Positions 1 to 11,179 of a stretch of DNA of 64,000 nucleotides are shown here, piece by piece. This DNA comes from Chrysomallon squamiferum (Eukaryota > Animalia > Mollusca). The translations under genes were made by a program, and so were the position numbers. Numbering within the stretch: the stretch's first letter is position 1; every line of letters starts with the position of its first letter. Location of the stretch: positions 2,542,001-2,606,000 of the forward strand of contig CM022673.1 of NCBI GenBank assembly GCA_012295275.1, read 5' to 3'. The notes under the pieces were generated by a model. The model was not told where the DNA came from. It ran no database searches and worked only from the letters and a program-made list of their open reading frames with translations.

Positions 1-107
1 TAAAGCACAATGAAAAGAAATGTTCAAGAGACAGTGACATACACGACACAATGGACCAGGCTTCTGCCATGAATGGTGAGTACAGAAAACATAACACAAA
101 TGCTTAC

Positions 108-162
108 GATGTTAATTCTCCATCCTTTCCATCTAATAGCTCAGCTCTGGGTGGCAGCTGAC
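108..162 (-). CDS. CSTPP1: CSTPP1 coding exon 8 (GQLPPRAELLDGKDGELTS)
   Basis: Acceptor ttctag and donor gtaagc; phase 1 in. If unspliced it would end at TCG TAA. Confidence 0.75.
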
Positions 163-3100
163 CTAGAACAAGGGAACAAAACAGAACACAAAAAATTAAT
201 AATTTTTTTTTTTTTTTTAGAAAACTATACAATTTTGGCTCTATAGCAAATAAAAAGATTAAATAATGACGTATATATGGAATTCTGGTTAGAACGTGAA
301 ATAATTCAAAACATTCTGTTAAATACAAATATTAATATTTATTGTCAGAATCTCCTAACAAAATGTGAAGCTCTGGTTAGGACCTGATATAATTAACTTT
401 ACCACTTATAACAGTGATCAGACTGAGTGACAGGAGTTTTCATTCTCTTATATTGTTTAGTAACTTAAACTTACCAATGTGTTCATTGATGGCTTCACTT
501 TTAGCTGTTGCCATCAGAAAACCATAGAAGGACACTCTGGGAAGAGCAAACAGGATGTCCTTCAGAGCATTGATTGGAGGGGTTCTGAAGTAAACAAACA
601 CACCAGCAGATATCACAAAAATAATGAATATAAAAATAAACTTTTTTTTTTTTTTTTCTAAATCAGTTGTCATTTACTTTATTGTTCTTGGTGTTTATTA
701 ATATGGAAACCCTATAAAAGAACTATAAAATTATATTAAAAAAACCCACAAAAAATAACAATAACCAAATAAAACCAATCACACCAAATGAAAGCAAAAA
801 AACAAATAAATTAATAATCCTCAATTTAAAATGAAGAAGCTCATAAAGGTTTACACAGACTGATACTTTCCATTTATTGATGACAGTGATTTGAAAACAG
901 ACATATGAAAAAAAAAAATCGTTCATAGATTACAATGATTTATGAGTGTCTTTCAGAGTTTGGTTCCATTTCCATTTTTATAATAATGAATAAAAGGGAA
1001 TCTGTGAGTCTTGCAAGGATTCTTTGGCACTTTATTATTAGTAAAGATCAGCAATATAAAACAACAACATGGAAGTGCATAAGATATATATTTACATCCA
1101 ATTTTTACAAATAATCCCAAAACATACTTTTTAAAGATCATTGCAAAAGAATGTTTCCCAAAATATTTAGAAAACTCATTGGAATGACTGTACTTGAAAA
1201 TCATATTTGTACTGATGAACAAATAACAATGAAGTAAATACTTAAAAGAGACTTGATCACATAGTGGGTACAGAGCGCGGAAGAACTGCATGGCATCAAC
1301 ACCATCAGCTGGCTGGTAGTTACTCTGGTGGACGTTAGTGTCTGTACTGGCTGAAGGAACAACAACAGGGTCACGAGGACTGCGTTGTGTCTGCAGAATT
1401 GACTGGTAAATTTGTGCACTCTTTTCTAGAAATTCTTTATAAAAAAAAAAAAAAAAAAAAATTAAAATAAAAAAACAATAACAGATTAAGTTAACAGAAA
1501 GGAATTACACACATTTTATTTGATTTTACAAAATTTGAATTAAATTATATTTTCTTAATGTTTCATTAAATTCTCTGCACCCTTTTCTAGAAATTCTTTA
1601 AAAAAAAATTAAAAAAAATTAAATAAAAATCATAAAAGGCTTATTTAACAAAAAGGAATTACATATATTTTATTTAATTTATAATATCTTAACATTTCAC
1701 AAAATTATGATAAAAAAAAATTATGTTCAAATCTAAAATAAATGTATGGACTGATACAGGATAAAACTGAGTATTTTACTTTAACCAAAAAGAAAGAGAA
1801 AAAATATCATTACAAATAAAGTTATTAAATGCAATTCATTTAAAAAAAAAGTTCTAACCTTCGTAGTAAAACTGTACTTGGAATGCGTAGACAAAATCTA
1901 CAAATGATATGAGGCAATCTAGTGCATCGTCAATTAATATTATTCTGGAAAAAAAAAAAAATTATATGTGTATGAGTCTCTGTGTGTTAAACATGCAATC
2001 ATCATTATGATCACATTAGTCAAAAAAAATTAAAAAAATAATTTTGTGTTTTAATTTTTTAATAATAAAAATTATAATAATAACAATAACAATATCTGTC
2101 TGAATGTATGAAAATTTTAAGATACATATACATTTTTTTAAATTATTTTTCTGTATTGTCTGCTACACAGAAAATGCTAAGTGAAAAATGAACATTTTCA
2201 GTAATTAAAAATGAATAATTAAACAAATTAAAGTACATTTTTAAATACTGAAAACCATTTCCTCTTACATTTTTGAAATGTCTTGCAAATAATTTGGTTC
2301 ACTGCAGAATGACACATTAAACTGGAAGTTCATGCGATACGTATAAATAATATATTTAAGGAATGCGTAAATAATTACAATCACTAGAAACAAATCTGTG
2401 CTAAATTACCTTGCAGTTTTCTGTACCAAACTGAAAGGAAAGTCAGGACAAAGTAGACCAAGCAGCGAATGATATTCATGGATACTGAGAAGATCTGTAA
2501 CAATTATTCTGATTGGTTAATTCTACAGTTAGACTTCAATATATATAATAGGCAATCTAATGTTATTAAAGTTCCAACTTGAAGCAACAAAAACAAAAAA
2601 TAATAATAATAATAAATAAAATATATGCATAAACTAAGAAACAAACATATCCAAATAGGCAGTGTTATTATTAAATTGTGATCCAAATAATAACAACATT
2701 ATACAAAAATGTATCCAATATTTAATTTTGTAAATATCAAATATATAAGCTTTTGTTTTTTTTTGTTTTTTTATCAGTCTTGTAGTTTAAAATATTTTAT
2801 TTTATTAAAAAGAAAGGGTATAATAAGCAAAACAATATTTTAATTAATTATACCTCCTTTTTTCCCAATCTGCCTAAAACATTTCAAGAAAAGTTTAACA
2901 AATGAGGCTCTGTTGTGAGGAGTTGATCGTATGAAGGCAAATTCTCTGAAAATTGTATGATTTCCATCCCTCAAACTACAAAAACTAAAGTTAAAAATAA
3001 ATGAATATGTGCAATACATTAACCAATTTAAGAGTAGCCAATGTGTAATAATGATGTCCAGTAAATGAATCAACCAATTTAAGCAAGGTGACTATAGAAA

Positions 3101-3940
3101 AATATATTATTGAGTGCATTAATTTTGTTTCTTTTATTTTTCCCCAATCTTTAACACCTTCTCTTTTCAGTTCAGTAACCCCTTGCAAGTTATGCAACTA
3201 TTGTTTTTGATGTGTCTTTAATTACTGATGTGTTGCACTGTAAGTTGACTTGACTAATTAAAACAATTTTCACGAAGCATAACTGTAGGAAAATAAATCA
3301 TCTCTAATTAAGATATTAAATTTTCATTTTTTTTTCTTATTTAAAAATTTACTTTTTTAAAGGCAAACAATGAATTTATAAACAGGTAACATGATTTAAC
3401 TTACTATTCACTAAGGAACTTTAGTGGACTAATTTTAGGATTTTCTTCTCTGTGTTCTAAGAGCTGAGCTATGGAATCTTCCAAATAAACCAATACGTTG
3501 TGTCGAGCTGTAACAAAACATGTTCATTATAAATTTTGAAAAACAAAATCTATCATTTGGCAGAGTTTTCTTTGTTTTAAAATAGTATAAATTTCAAATA
3601 TTCGATGCTTTACCTTTTTTTGTAATTAAAACTTGCATTACAAAATTTCATCATTCAAATAAATTTTAAAAATTATCAACAAACCTAGAATTCTAATCAA
3701 GACTGATAACCTTTCATAATTGTTTAAGATATATGTTCATGTCCTGTTTTTAACTTAAGCAGAAAATGTGGCATAAAACTAATATTTAGTTGCTGAAATA
3801 CTGATCAGATGATCTTAAATAACAATATAATTTAAATATAAGCCTAAATTATTTATAAAATTATGTGTTAATAGTGGATTATTTGTTTTACCTAAGTATC
3901 TGTCTGCTGACATAGAAAAGCGATCTTCAATAAATGCCAT
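108..3940 (-). CDS. CSTPP1: CSTPP1/C11orf49 (UPF0705) orthologue; 8 coding exons in window, 3' end probably outside window
   Basis: Spliced product MAFIEDRFSMSADRYLARHNVLVYLEDSIAQLLEHREE...IFREFAFIRSTPHNRASF...DLLSIHEYHSLLGLLCPDFPF...DDALDCLISFVDFVYAFQVQFYYEEFL...VSFYGFLMA is colinear with human C11orf49 as recalled (FREFSFVQATPHNR, LLCPDFP, DDAMDCL, FQIQFYY, LTFYGFLMA). All introns are GT-AG with consistent phases. Confidence 0.92.
475..584 (-). CDS. CSTPP1: CSTPP1 coding exon 7 (TPPINALKDILFALPRVSFYGFLMATAKSEAINEHI)
   Basis: Acceptor ttcag and donor gtaag; 110 nt; phase 2 in, 1 out. Confidence 0.9.
1242..1434 (-). CDS. CSTPP1: CSTPP1 coding exon 6 (EFLEKSAQIYQSIL...DGVDAMQFFRALYPLCDQVSF)
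   Basis: Poly-T tract plus aag acceptor and gtattt donor; 193 nt open; phase 1 in, 2 out. Confidence 0.88.
1415..1690. repeat. Tandem duplication (~160 bp period) spanning the CSTPP1 exon 6 acceptor
   Basis: tgcactcttttctagaaattcttta-polyA...ggaattaca at 1415 recurs as tgcacccttttctagaaattcttta...ggaattaca at 1576. Confidence 0.8.
1859..1944 (-). CDS. CSTPP1: CSTPP1 coding exon 5 (IILIDDALDCLISFVDFVYAFQVQFYYE)
   Basis: Acceptor ttccag and donor gttag; 86 nt; conserved motif. Confidence 0.92.
2410..2494 (-). CDS. CSTPP1: CSTPP1 coding exon 4 (DLLSIHEYHSLLGLLCPDFPFSLVQKTAR)
   Basis: Acceptor ttacag and donor gtaatt; 85 nt; LLCPDFP motif. Confidence 0.92.
2854..2984 (-). CDS. CSTPP1: CSTPP1 coding exon 3 (FCSLRDGNHTIFREFAFIRSTPHNRASFVKLFLKCFRQIGKKG)
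   Basis: Acceptor ctttag and donor gtataa; 131 nt. Confidence 0.92.
3405..3507 (-). CDS. CSTPP1: CSTPP1 coding exon 2 (ARHNVLVYLEDSIAQLLEHREENPKISPLKFLSEY)
   Basis: Acceptor ttacag and donor gtaagt; 103 nt. Confidence 0.9.
3892..3940 (-). CDS. CSTPP1: CSTPP1 first coding exon (MAFIEDRFSMSADRYL)
   Basis: ATG at 3940 and donor gtaaaa; phase 1 matches the next exon. A possible acceptor (ctttttcag) at 4022-4023 implies an upstream 5'UTR exon, with a candidate donor gtgagg at 4690. Confidence 0.82.
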
Positions 3941-4949
3941 TAGTTGATTAAATATCTACAGCCTTCAAGATGACATAATACAAAACTCTAAACTGGCAGT
4001 GAGGTCTTTGTTTCTCCGTAACTGAAAAAGTAGACTGGTAAATAATAATAATAATAATAATAATAACAATACAAAGAAGAAGAAGAAGAAATAAACCACC
4101 ATTATCATCAAGAAGAAAACAATAAAAAATTAAAAAAAAAAAAAAAAAAAAAAAAATGCTAAGAAAAAAGTTTGAAATGTGAATTGTTTTTAAAGAAAAA
4201 TTATATCAATTGTCATATGTCATGTTGTTTCCTTTTACATTTATTTTCTTATTTAAAACGTCAACATTTTACTGGTTTCGGTTCAACTAGCACAGAATTT
4301 ATTTTTAATAAACTTCTTAAATGCTTAAAGAAAAATGTACAGTTATCACTGTGTCATGATTCTGCTGTTAACAAATCTATATTTTATTAGCACTAATTAA
4401 TATGTTTAGTAGATTATGAGCGTTCTCTTAAGATCAGTTGATGTGACTATTTTTGCTTTTAATGAGAAAATGTTGCTGGTATTCTTTAAAGAATAATGTC
4501 ATGATTTCATAAATGTTTGATATTCAGTAATACTAACAGCATAAACAAGAGACAAAAAATTAATCTGTAACATCCAGACAAAATAAACTAGCTTTCTATT
4601 AGTATAATAATAATAATTACAATAAATAAATAATTAAAACATTTAAAAAACGAAAAGAGACAACAACTTTTCAACATACACACACCTCACTTAATAAGTA
4701 CACTGGGTCGATGTCATCAGACCCACTGTTCCCAGTTTAATTTCAGAAATTGGTACTGAAACCGGAGCTACTAACTTCAAACTTAACATAAACATTACTA
4801 AAATTTTGTAAAAAAGAAAAAAAAAGGAAAGAAAAGAAACTGAATACTGTGAATATTTTGGAACGTGGCAGTTATAAACACCTATAAAATAATGTCAAGT
4901 TGTCTGTAAATAATGTCATAACAGAGAGCAAAGAGTGAAAGAAGTCACT

Positions 4950-5267
4950 TTTGTCCACAAAAATGAAAGTTCATCTTCAGCAAATATTCAGACCGGATGT
5001 TGTCAGCCAGCAACCAGGTTCTGTATCTTCGGATATAATCGACTGTATCCGGAATATCAAAAAAGGAAATTTTCGGAAACGCGCCAACGATTCAACTTCT
5101 ATTTTGATAGGTGGATAAAAATAACATTGGTGTTTATGACCTCCCGGAAGCCACAGAGTGTGACTCGCCACTGCAGAAGCTACAAATGTTATACAACTTT
5201 GACCTGAATGTTTATGTACACACGGACTACTACCAAATAGATCTATGTCGTGCCTTTACAATAAAAG
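4950..5267. promoter_or_regulatory. Putative bidirectional promoter and LRP4 5'UTR between divergent CSTPP1 and LRP4
   Basis: Local CpG enrichment; ETS-type motifs ACCGGATGT (4992-5000) and CCGGAAG (5144-5150); TCCGGA (5048-5053); E2F-like GCGCCAA (5081-5087); lies between two divergent start codons. Confidence 0.55.
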
Positions 5268-5313
5268 ATGAGGGCTTTGGCTGCAGTGTTGTCACTATGT
5301 GCACTAGTTTATG
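5268..5313 (+). CDS. LRP4: LRP4 exon 1, signal peptide [15 protein letters not shown]
   Basis: ATG with in-frame upstream TAA, hydrophobic leader, G|gtgagt donor, phase 1. Confidence 0.85.
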
Positions 5314-8000
5314 GTGAGTAAAAATGTTTTATGGCATGGCATGCAAACTTTTTACTTTTTAGCAGAACGACGGTGCCGATTTTTGCCGAAAGGCAGAAGA
5401 TCGAGTGTGTATTTGTTTGCTGAAGCTTGACCCATTGACCCTAACAGACGACTAAACTACTGCAGAAATCAAGCATTTCTCATCTTTAGTAGTAACGAGT
5501 TTAAATAAAATTTACATTAATTTCCATAGACAATGGCAAAAATCTTGCGACAAAAAAACCAAACAAAACAAAAAAACGTATCGCCTGCCTTGTTTTAACG
5601 AAGGAGCTCTTTCAGGCTAACTAAAGTTGTACGTGTTTCTGTTATTCTGTTGACATTCAGACTGACTACTTTATTTAATCGGACTTTGGGTTGGTTTGGA
5701 ATAATGTTAAAGCTTGATCATGTCAAAATTAATTAAAATCAATCAATCATTCAATGATTTCCAGATTTTTAAAAACATTAGTATAATAATTTTAATAATA
5801 ATCATTGGTGAAATGTTTACTGTTTTTATATCATAGAACATCTACAGTGAAGTTAAAAAACAACAACAAAAAACCCATTAATAATAATAATAATAAAACC
5901 CGAACAGTTTGTGGTATTAAGTAACATATAAATTGCATATAAAATGACACATTCTTTGGTGTGAAATACTGATCTTGGAACAGAATTTATTGATGTTTTT
6001 CTGATTAAAGTATCTACTTTTATACAAGACTGAAATGTAGAATTTTGTAATTTTTAAATAAAAACCAAAAATGGTTATTATGCTTAAATGCATTTTGTTC
6101 AAATAGATTAAATGATAGAAATTCACCAAATAAAATTTGTGAATATAATGCTACATGTTATTTGTTTTACTGGAAATTATGCATGTCTGTTAAATTACAG
6201 TCTCCTATAGTATGGATGTCACTTTTATTTTTTTTAAATTATTTATTTACTCATGTTAGTACTTAGATTGTCATTACCATAATTGTTAATAACTTTATTA
6301 TAATTATTATTTATGTTTATATTATGATGCAGTAAAGGTATTTATTTTGTATGAAATAGGGCTTACATACTACTGGTATTTTAGGTATTAATGCTGTAAT
6401 TTAACTCTGTTTTCCTTTTCTTTTCTTTTCCTTTATTACTTTTTCTTTTTAATTTAATTTTTTTTAATTTTTTTTTTTATAACAAATAGAAGTTATAGCT
6501 AAGATTTACAATAAAAGAATAACAGAGTAAAGATTCACAGAGAAAAAGAAAACTGACATCAGTTCATATGAACCTTTTACTTAATGAACATAAATCATAA
6601 ATGTGTGTTGGTCATGAACCTCAGTGTTGCATCATCTGCAGAGCAATCATGATACTGTTAGAATTATCACATTAACAATAAACAGTATATATTTTAAAAC
6701 TGAGAACAGACACACACTATGTTCATACAAACAGACATTTGTTCTATAAATAATAATATCACAGCAATGAATTCTATTTTGGCTTCTGAATCAACATATT
6801 TAGCATTTTAATCAGAAACAGTTTCAGTCACTTTAGCACGGTGATTAAAATTAGTATTCTGGTTTTGACAACCTTAAAGGACTGGAAAGATGCCAAGCCT
6901 TTTATTCATTTCTTGGGCAGAATAAAATAACTGTTTTATTGTTTGGTATCTGCTCAGATCGTTTTCTGCTATGGATTTATTCCAGCAGAGTTTGGAATTG
7001 CAGTTATCATGATGAGGCAGGCAGTGATGAAACCAGGCTGCCTCAAACCACTACTTTGTTACTTGAGGGGATCTGTTTGGGTGTGTCGAGATGGATATCA
7101 TTTGGTTATTTAAAAATAAAATGAGAAATGATAAAAGACTGATCCCAAATTTAAGTGTAATTGGGTGCATTAGTTTTTTTCATTTTCTGTTATTAATTAA
7201 CTGATTTAAGGTTATTAATATTTTGTATTAATGTCAGTGGCAGGACTTTCATAATAATAAATAAATGGGACAATGTGGAATGTGGGTGCACACATGTATA
7301 TAAAATCAACAGAATTATTGAATAGACTGGTTATTTGTATTTTTAAATTAGAACAAAAATATTAATTATTATTTTTTTTTTTTTTTAGAATTTTTTGTAA
7401 AACAGATTAAGCTCTGTTGGAGGTGTTTTTTTTTTTTTTGTCTGTGCATAACTAACAATACAAATGTATTTCTATATAGTCAGACACATATACCAAGAAG
7501 AAATTAATATTGTTCTAGACTGGGTTGTTGTGGCAGTAAGACTAGATAATAAATGACAGTCTGTCTGCTTTGCCTGTGCACAATTACAAACATCTGTGTG
7601 CATTTCCATGTACAGTAGAATAGCTGCTCTCTCCTGCTGTGTTAATGCATCTGAGAGTCATTGCTAAGGGAATGACAAAATCTGCATCATCCATCTTTAG
7701 CATGTATTATCTGTTGTAACACATGCCTAATGACATTTGTGGCAAAGAACAGTCTGTCAGAACGCTTTGAAGAACAACAGATAGCTAACAGAAGTATTTT
7801 CTCACAAGTTATCTTCCATTTATCACATTTATCTATTATGTTTGAGGTGGAGAAAAAACACATCTTCAAAACAAACCCAGCGATGTTGAGTTATATTACA
7901 ATGTGTAGAACTGTACGAATGTAAGCAAAAACACTGTTTAATTTATATATTTAAACTCCTTTTTTTATTTGTTTCTTTGTTGGTGGTTTTTTTTTTTTTT

Positions 8001-8031
<31 letters not shown>

Positions 8032-10266
8032 GTGTGGGTGTGTAAATTTTCAAATCACAATTATTATAATGATACTTATTTAAATTGTCATTTATAATTT
8101 ATAATTTTCATTATGCCAAAAACTTGTTGAAACCTAATACATTTTAATCTAAGTTCATCTAACAGTAGATTACATAAAGTAATTAACCAAGCTAATTACA
8201 GTATGGTTATCATAATGTTTGATAAATGAGTGTAATAGCACAGCTATTTATCCTAATGGAGATGAAACCACCTAGATAATAGGCATTCCAACAACTTTCA
8301 GAAATTCATATGTCTGCAAGCATAAACAATAAGCTCTCCAGAAAATGATACATAATTTTGTTTGTTTATAAAGATATTAAAAGGATATAATTTACATTCT
8401 TTTTTCTTTTTTTTGTAATAAAATGAGTTGGGCCAGAGTTACTTTACTTTACAGGCTTAATGTCATAAAAATAAGTCTTTAATATTAACCATAAATTATA
8501 TAATTTCAACATCAAAATAAATAAATACTTTTTTCTTTTTAAATATATTATGGTGGACAAAAAAAAAAAAATGTTTTACTGGAAAATGATATGAACTAAA
8601 AATAAACTGGTTCTAAATTGTTAAAATAGTTTGATAATATTTTTTAAATTATAAATAATAAAATAATTCTGTTGATTTCTGGACAGCATTTAGTTTTTTT
8701 TTCAAAACCTTTATCTTATGGTCAATATTTTAATAATTTTGTTAGTCATGATAAAAATGATTAAATAGGAGTTGTTATTAATTTATGGTAGAATAAATTT
8801 GGTTTATCTCAAAATAAGTATTAAAATAATTCTGTTGCTGTATTTCAAAAGTAAAAGTTTTAAAATTGAGATTTAGACATTTGCCTTGGGTTAAGTATAC
8901 ACAATTTAAATTTAAATGTATATATAATGACAGCAGGTAATATTTATTATCAGGATGCCTAACTTCAGTCTGTTCATCATATGTAATGTGTTGACATTGT
9001 CTCACTGCCAAGTAGCCGTGCTTCTCAAACACACAACAGAAGCATGCCCATGTTGAAACAGAGTAATTTCCAGACCAGAATCAATAGCGAAAATCCTGGC
9101 CACCTCTTCATTCTGTCTTCTTTTCAGTATTGCAACTGTTTTACACAGTCAGCTTATGGTTGCAGGCCTGGTTTCAAGCTTCCTATCCATTCTGTGCAGG
9201 ACTAGAAAGAATAAAGGCATGTTTAAGCAAGATTAGCACTAGCTTGGTTGTTTGTCTGTAGTGAATCTGTTTGTTTATTCATAGATCAAGTGTTATCAAT
9301 GGTTCTGAATGTCCAGTGAAATCTTCAAAGTTCATCTCTTGCTTTTCTGTATATATTTTGAGTGTTTGTATAGGTTAGTCTGTTTTAAATGAATAGTTAT
9401 TTATTTAATAACACCACAAAAGATTTTAATATTAATCAGTATTTTGTATCAAAGAAGAAACAAGTTGGCCACCACTCAATAATAAACACACTGATTAGCA
9501 GCAAGAGCGATTTTATCATAACCTTACCATTGAATGAAACTATATGCCATAACATGTCATATAATAAATAATGTTTTTTGCATAAGGATTATATGAAAGA
9601 AATAATGTGATGTTGCCATTTTGATATCTACCCAATAATCAACAACATTATCTTGTTTTTTGTTTACATTTCCACAGACAGGATAGCACATACCATACAT
9701 ATTTTTTAGCAGGAGTTGGAAATGTAAAAAACACACATGGTGCTTTATTTTAGATACTTTGTTTTTAATTATTATTTTTTTAAATATATTATTATTTAAT
9801 CTCTTTATAACTATGGTACTGTCTGATTTTGTGTTGTTGTTTTACCTTTGTATTCATACAGACCTAATTAAAATTAATTTAACAGGTTTTTTTTTTAGTA
9901 CTTTATCTGCAATGCAAAAATGTGTCCCTGTGTTCAGGTTAGATCTAAAATGGCATCAGTGTAATTAAGTTCTAAAAACACATCAAAGTGTGTTGATGTT
10001 AGTTTAATGCATACATGCATCTGACAAACAAAGTAACATGCTTAACTGATTTATATATCAACAAATCAAAGGTCTTGTAAACATTCACTTCCTGCAGCAG
10101 TGCTGCATCTAAACATGCATGTATGATTTACTTAATTAAATTTTAATTGATCCAGTTTTCTGAAACTAGATTTTTATTAATAGAACATGTATTAAAATAT
10201 CTCTTGTGTGTCTGTCTCTGTGTCTTTATTGTGTTTCTTTTTATCTCTCATATCTTCTTTCTTTTA

Positions 10267-10297
<31 letters not shown>

Positions 10298-11142
10298 CTT
10301 TCACTGATTTTTCTTTCTAACTGAAAATTATAAGGTTTCTTTCTTCTTCTTTTTGAAAAACCAACAAAAAACAACATCTTCCTGCACCCTGAAGGGCTTC
10401 CCACTTCTTGTATTGAAGTTTTAATAAGGTTAATTTAGCATGAAGATTTCTTCAGTGTCTGTTATTTCCTTCTACCCATCTGGACTGTACTGTATGGGTT
10501 TACTAATACACATATTAACAACATTTTTCATGTACATAAACAAAAAGCAGAGTATATGTTAGATGGTTTTGGAAATTGGAGGTTGGTGAAAATTAGACTT
10601 CCTTTTAGCAGAAGGGGCATTTATTTCTGTTTCCCATTTCTTTCATCATTTCAAGTCACACGTGAAGCTTTTAATCACTGGTTATGTCTGATGGTGTCCT
10701 TACCTTAGTGTGGAAGAGTTCTTCAGTTACAAACATGGCCTGACAGCTTGACAGGCCACTCTCTCAAAAATTAGTTTTCTTTTTCCCCTCCCAGCTGTTT
10801 TGTGTTATCTTGCCAAATAATCTCAGTTGGGTGGTTTTACACGTAATATTGTATGTTGATGTTTCTATCATTGTGGGTTATTTTATTTTATTTTATTTTA
10901 TTTTTTCCCTAATAATTAGCAATTTTCTTAATATACATTAATTTGTTACATTATTGGCAAAAATTGTTAATTTATGAGACTTTGCAAAACAAAACAATCT
11001 GTCTGCAATGGGAGGAAATTTTTAATTTATATTATCTTACAAAATAATCTGATTAGGTAGAACTGCATGCATATATTTCAGTCAGTATATTATTTTTTCA
11101 TACTCATCAGCCATTTTTACATCATATGCTGCTTATATATAT

Positions 11143-11179
<37 letters not shown>

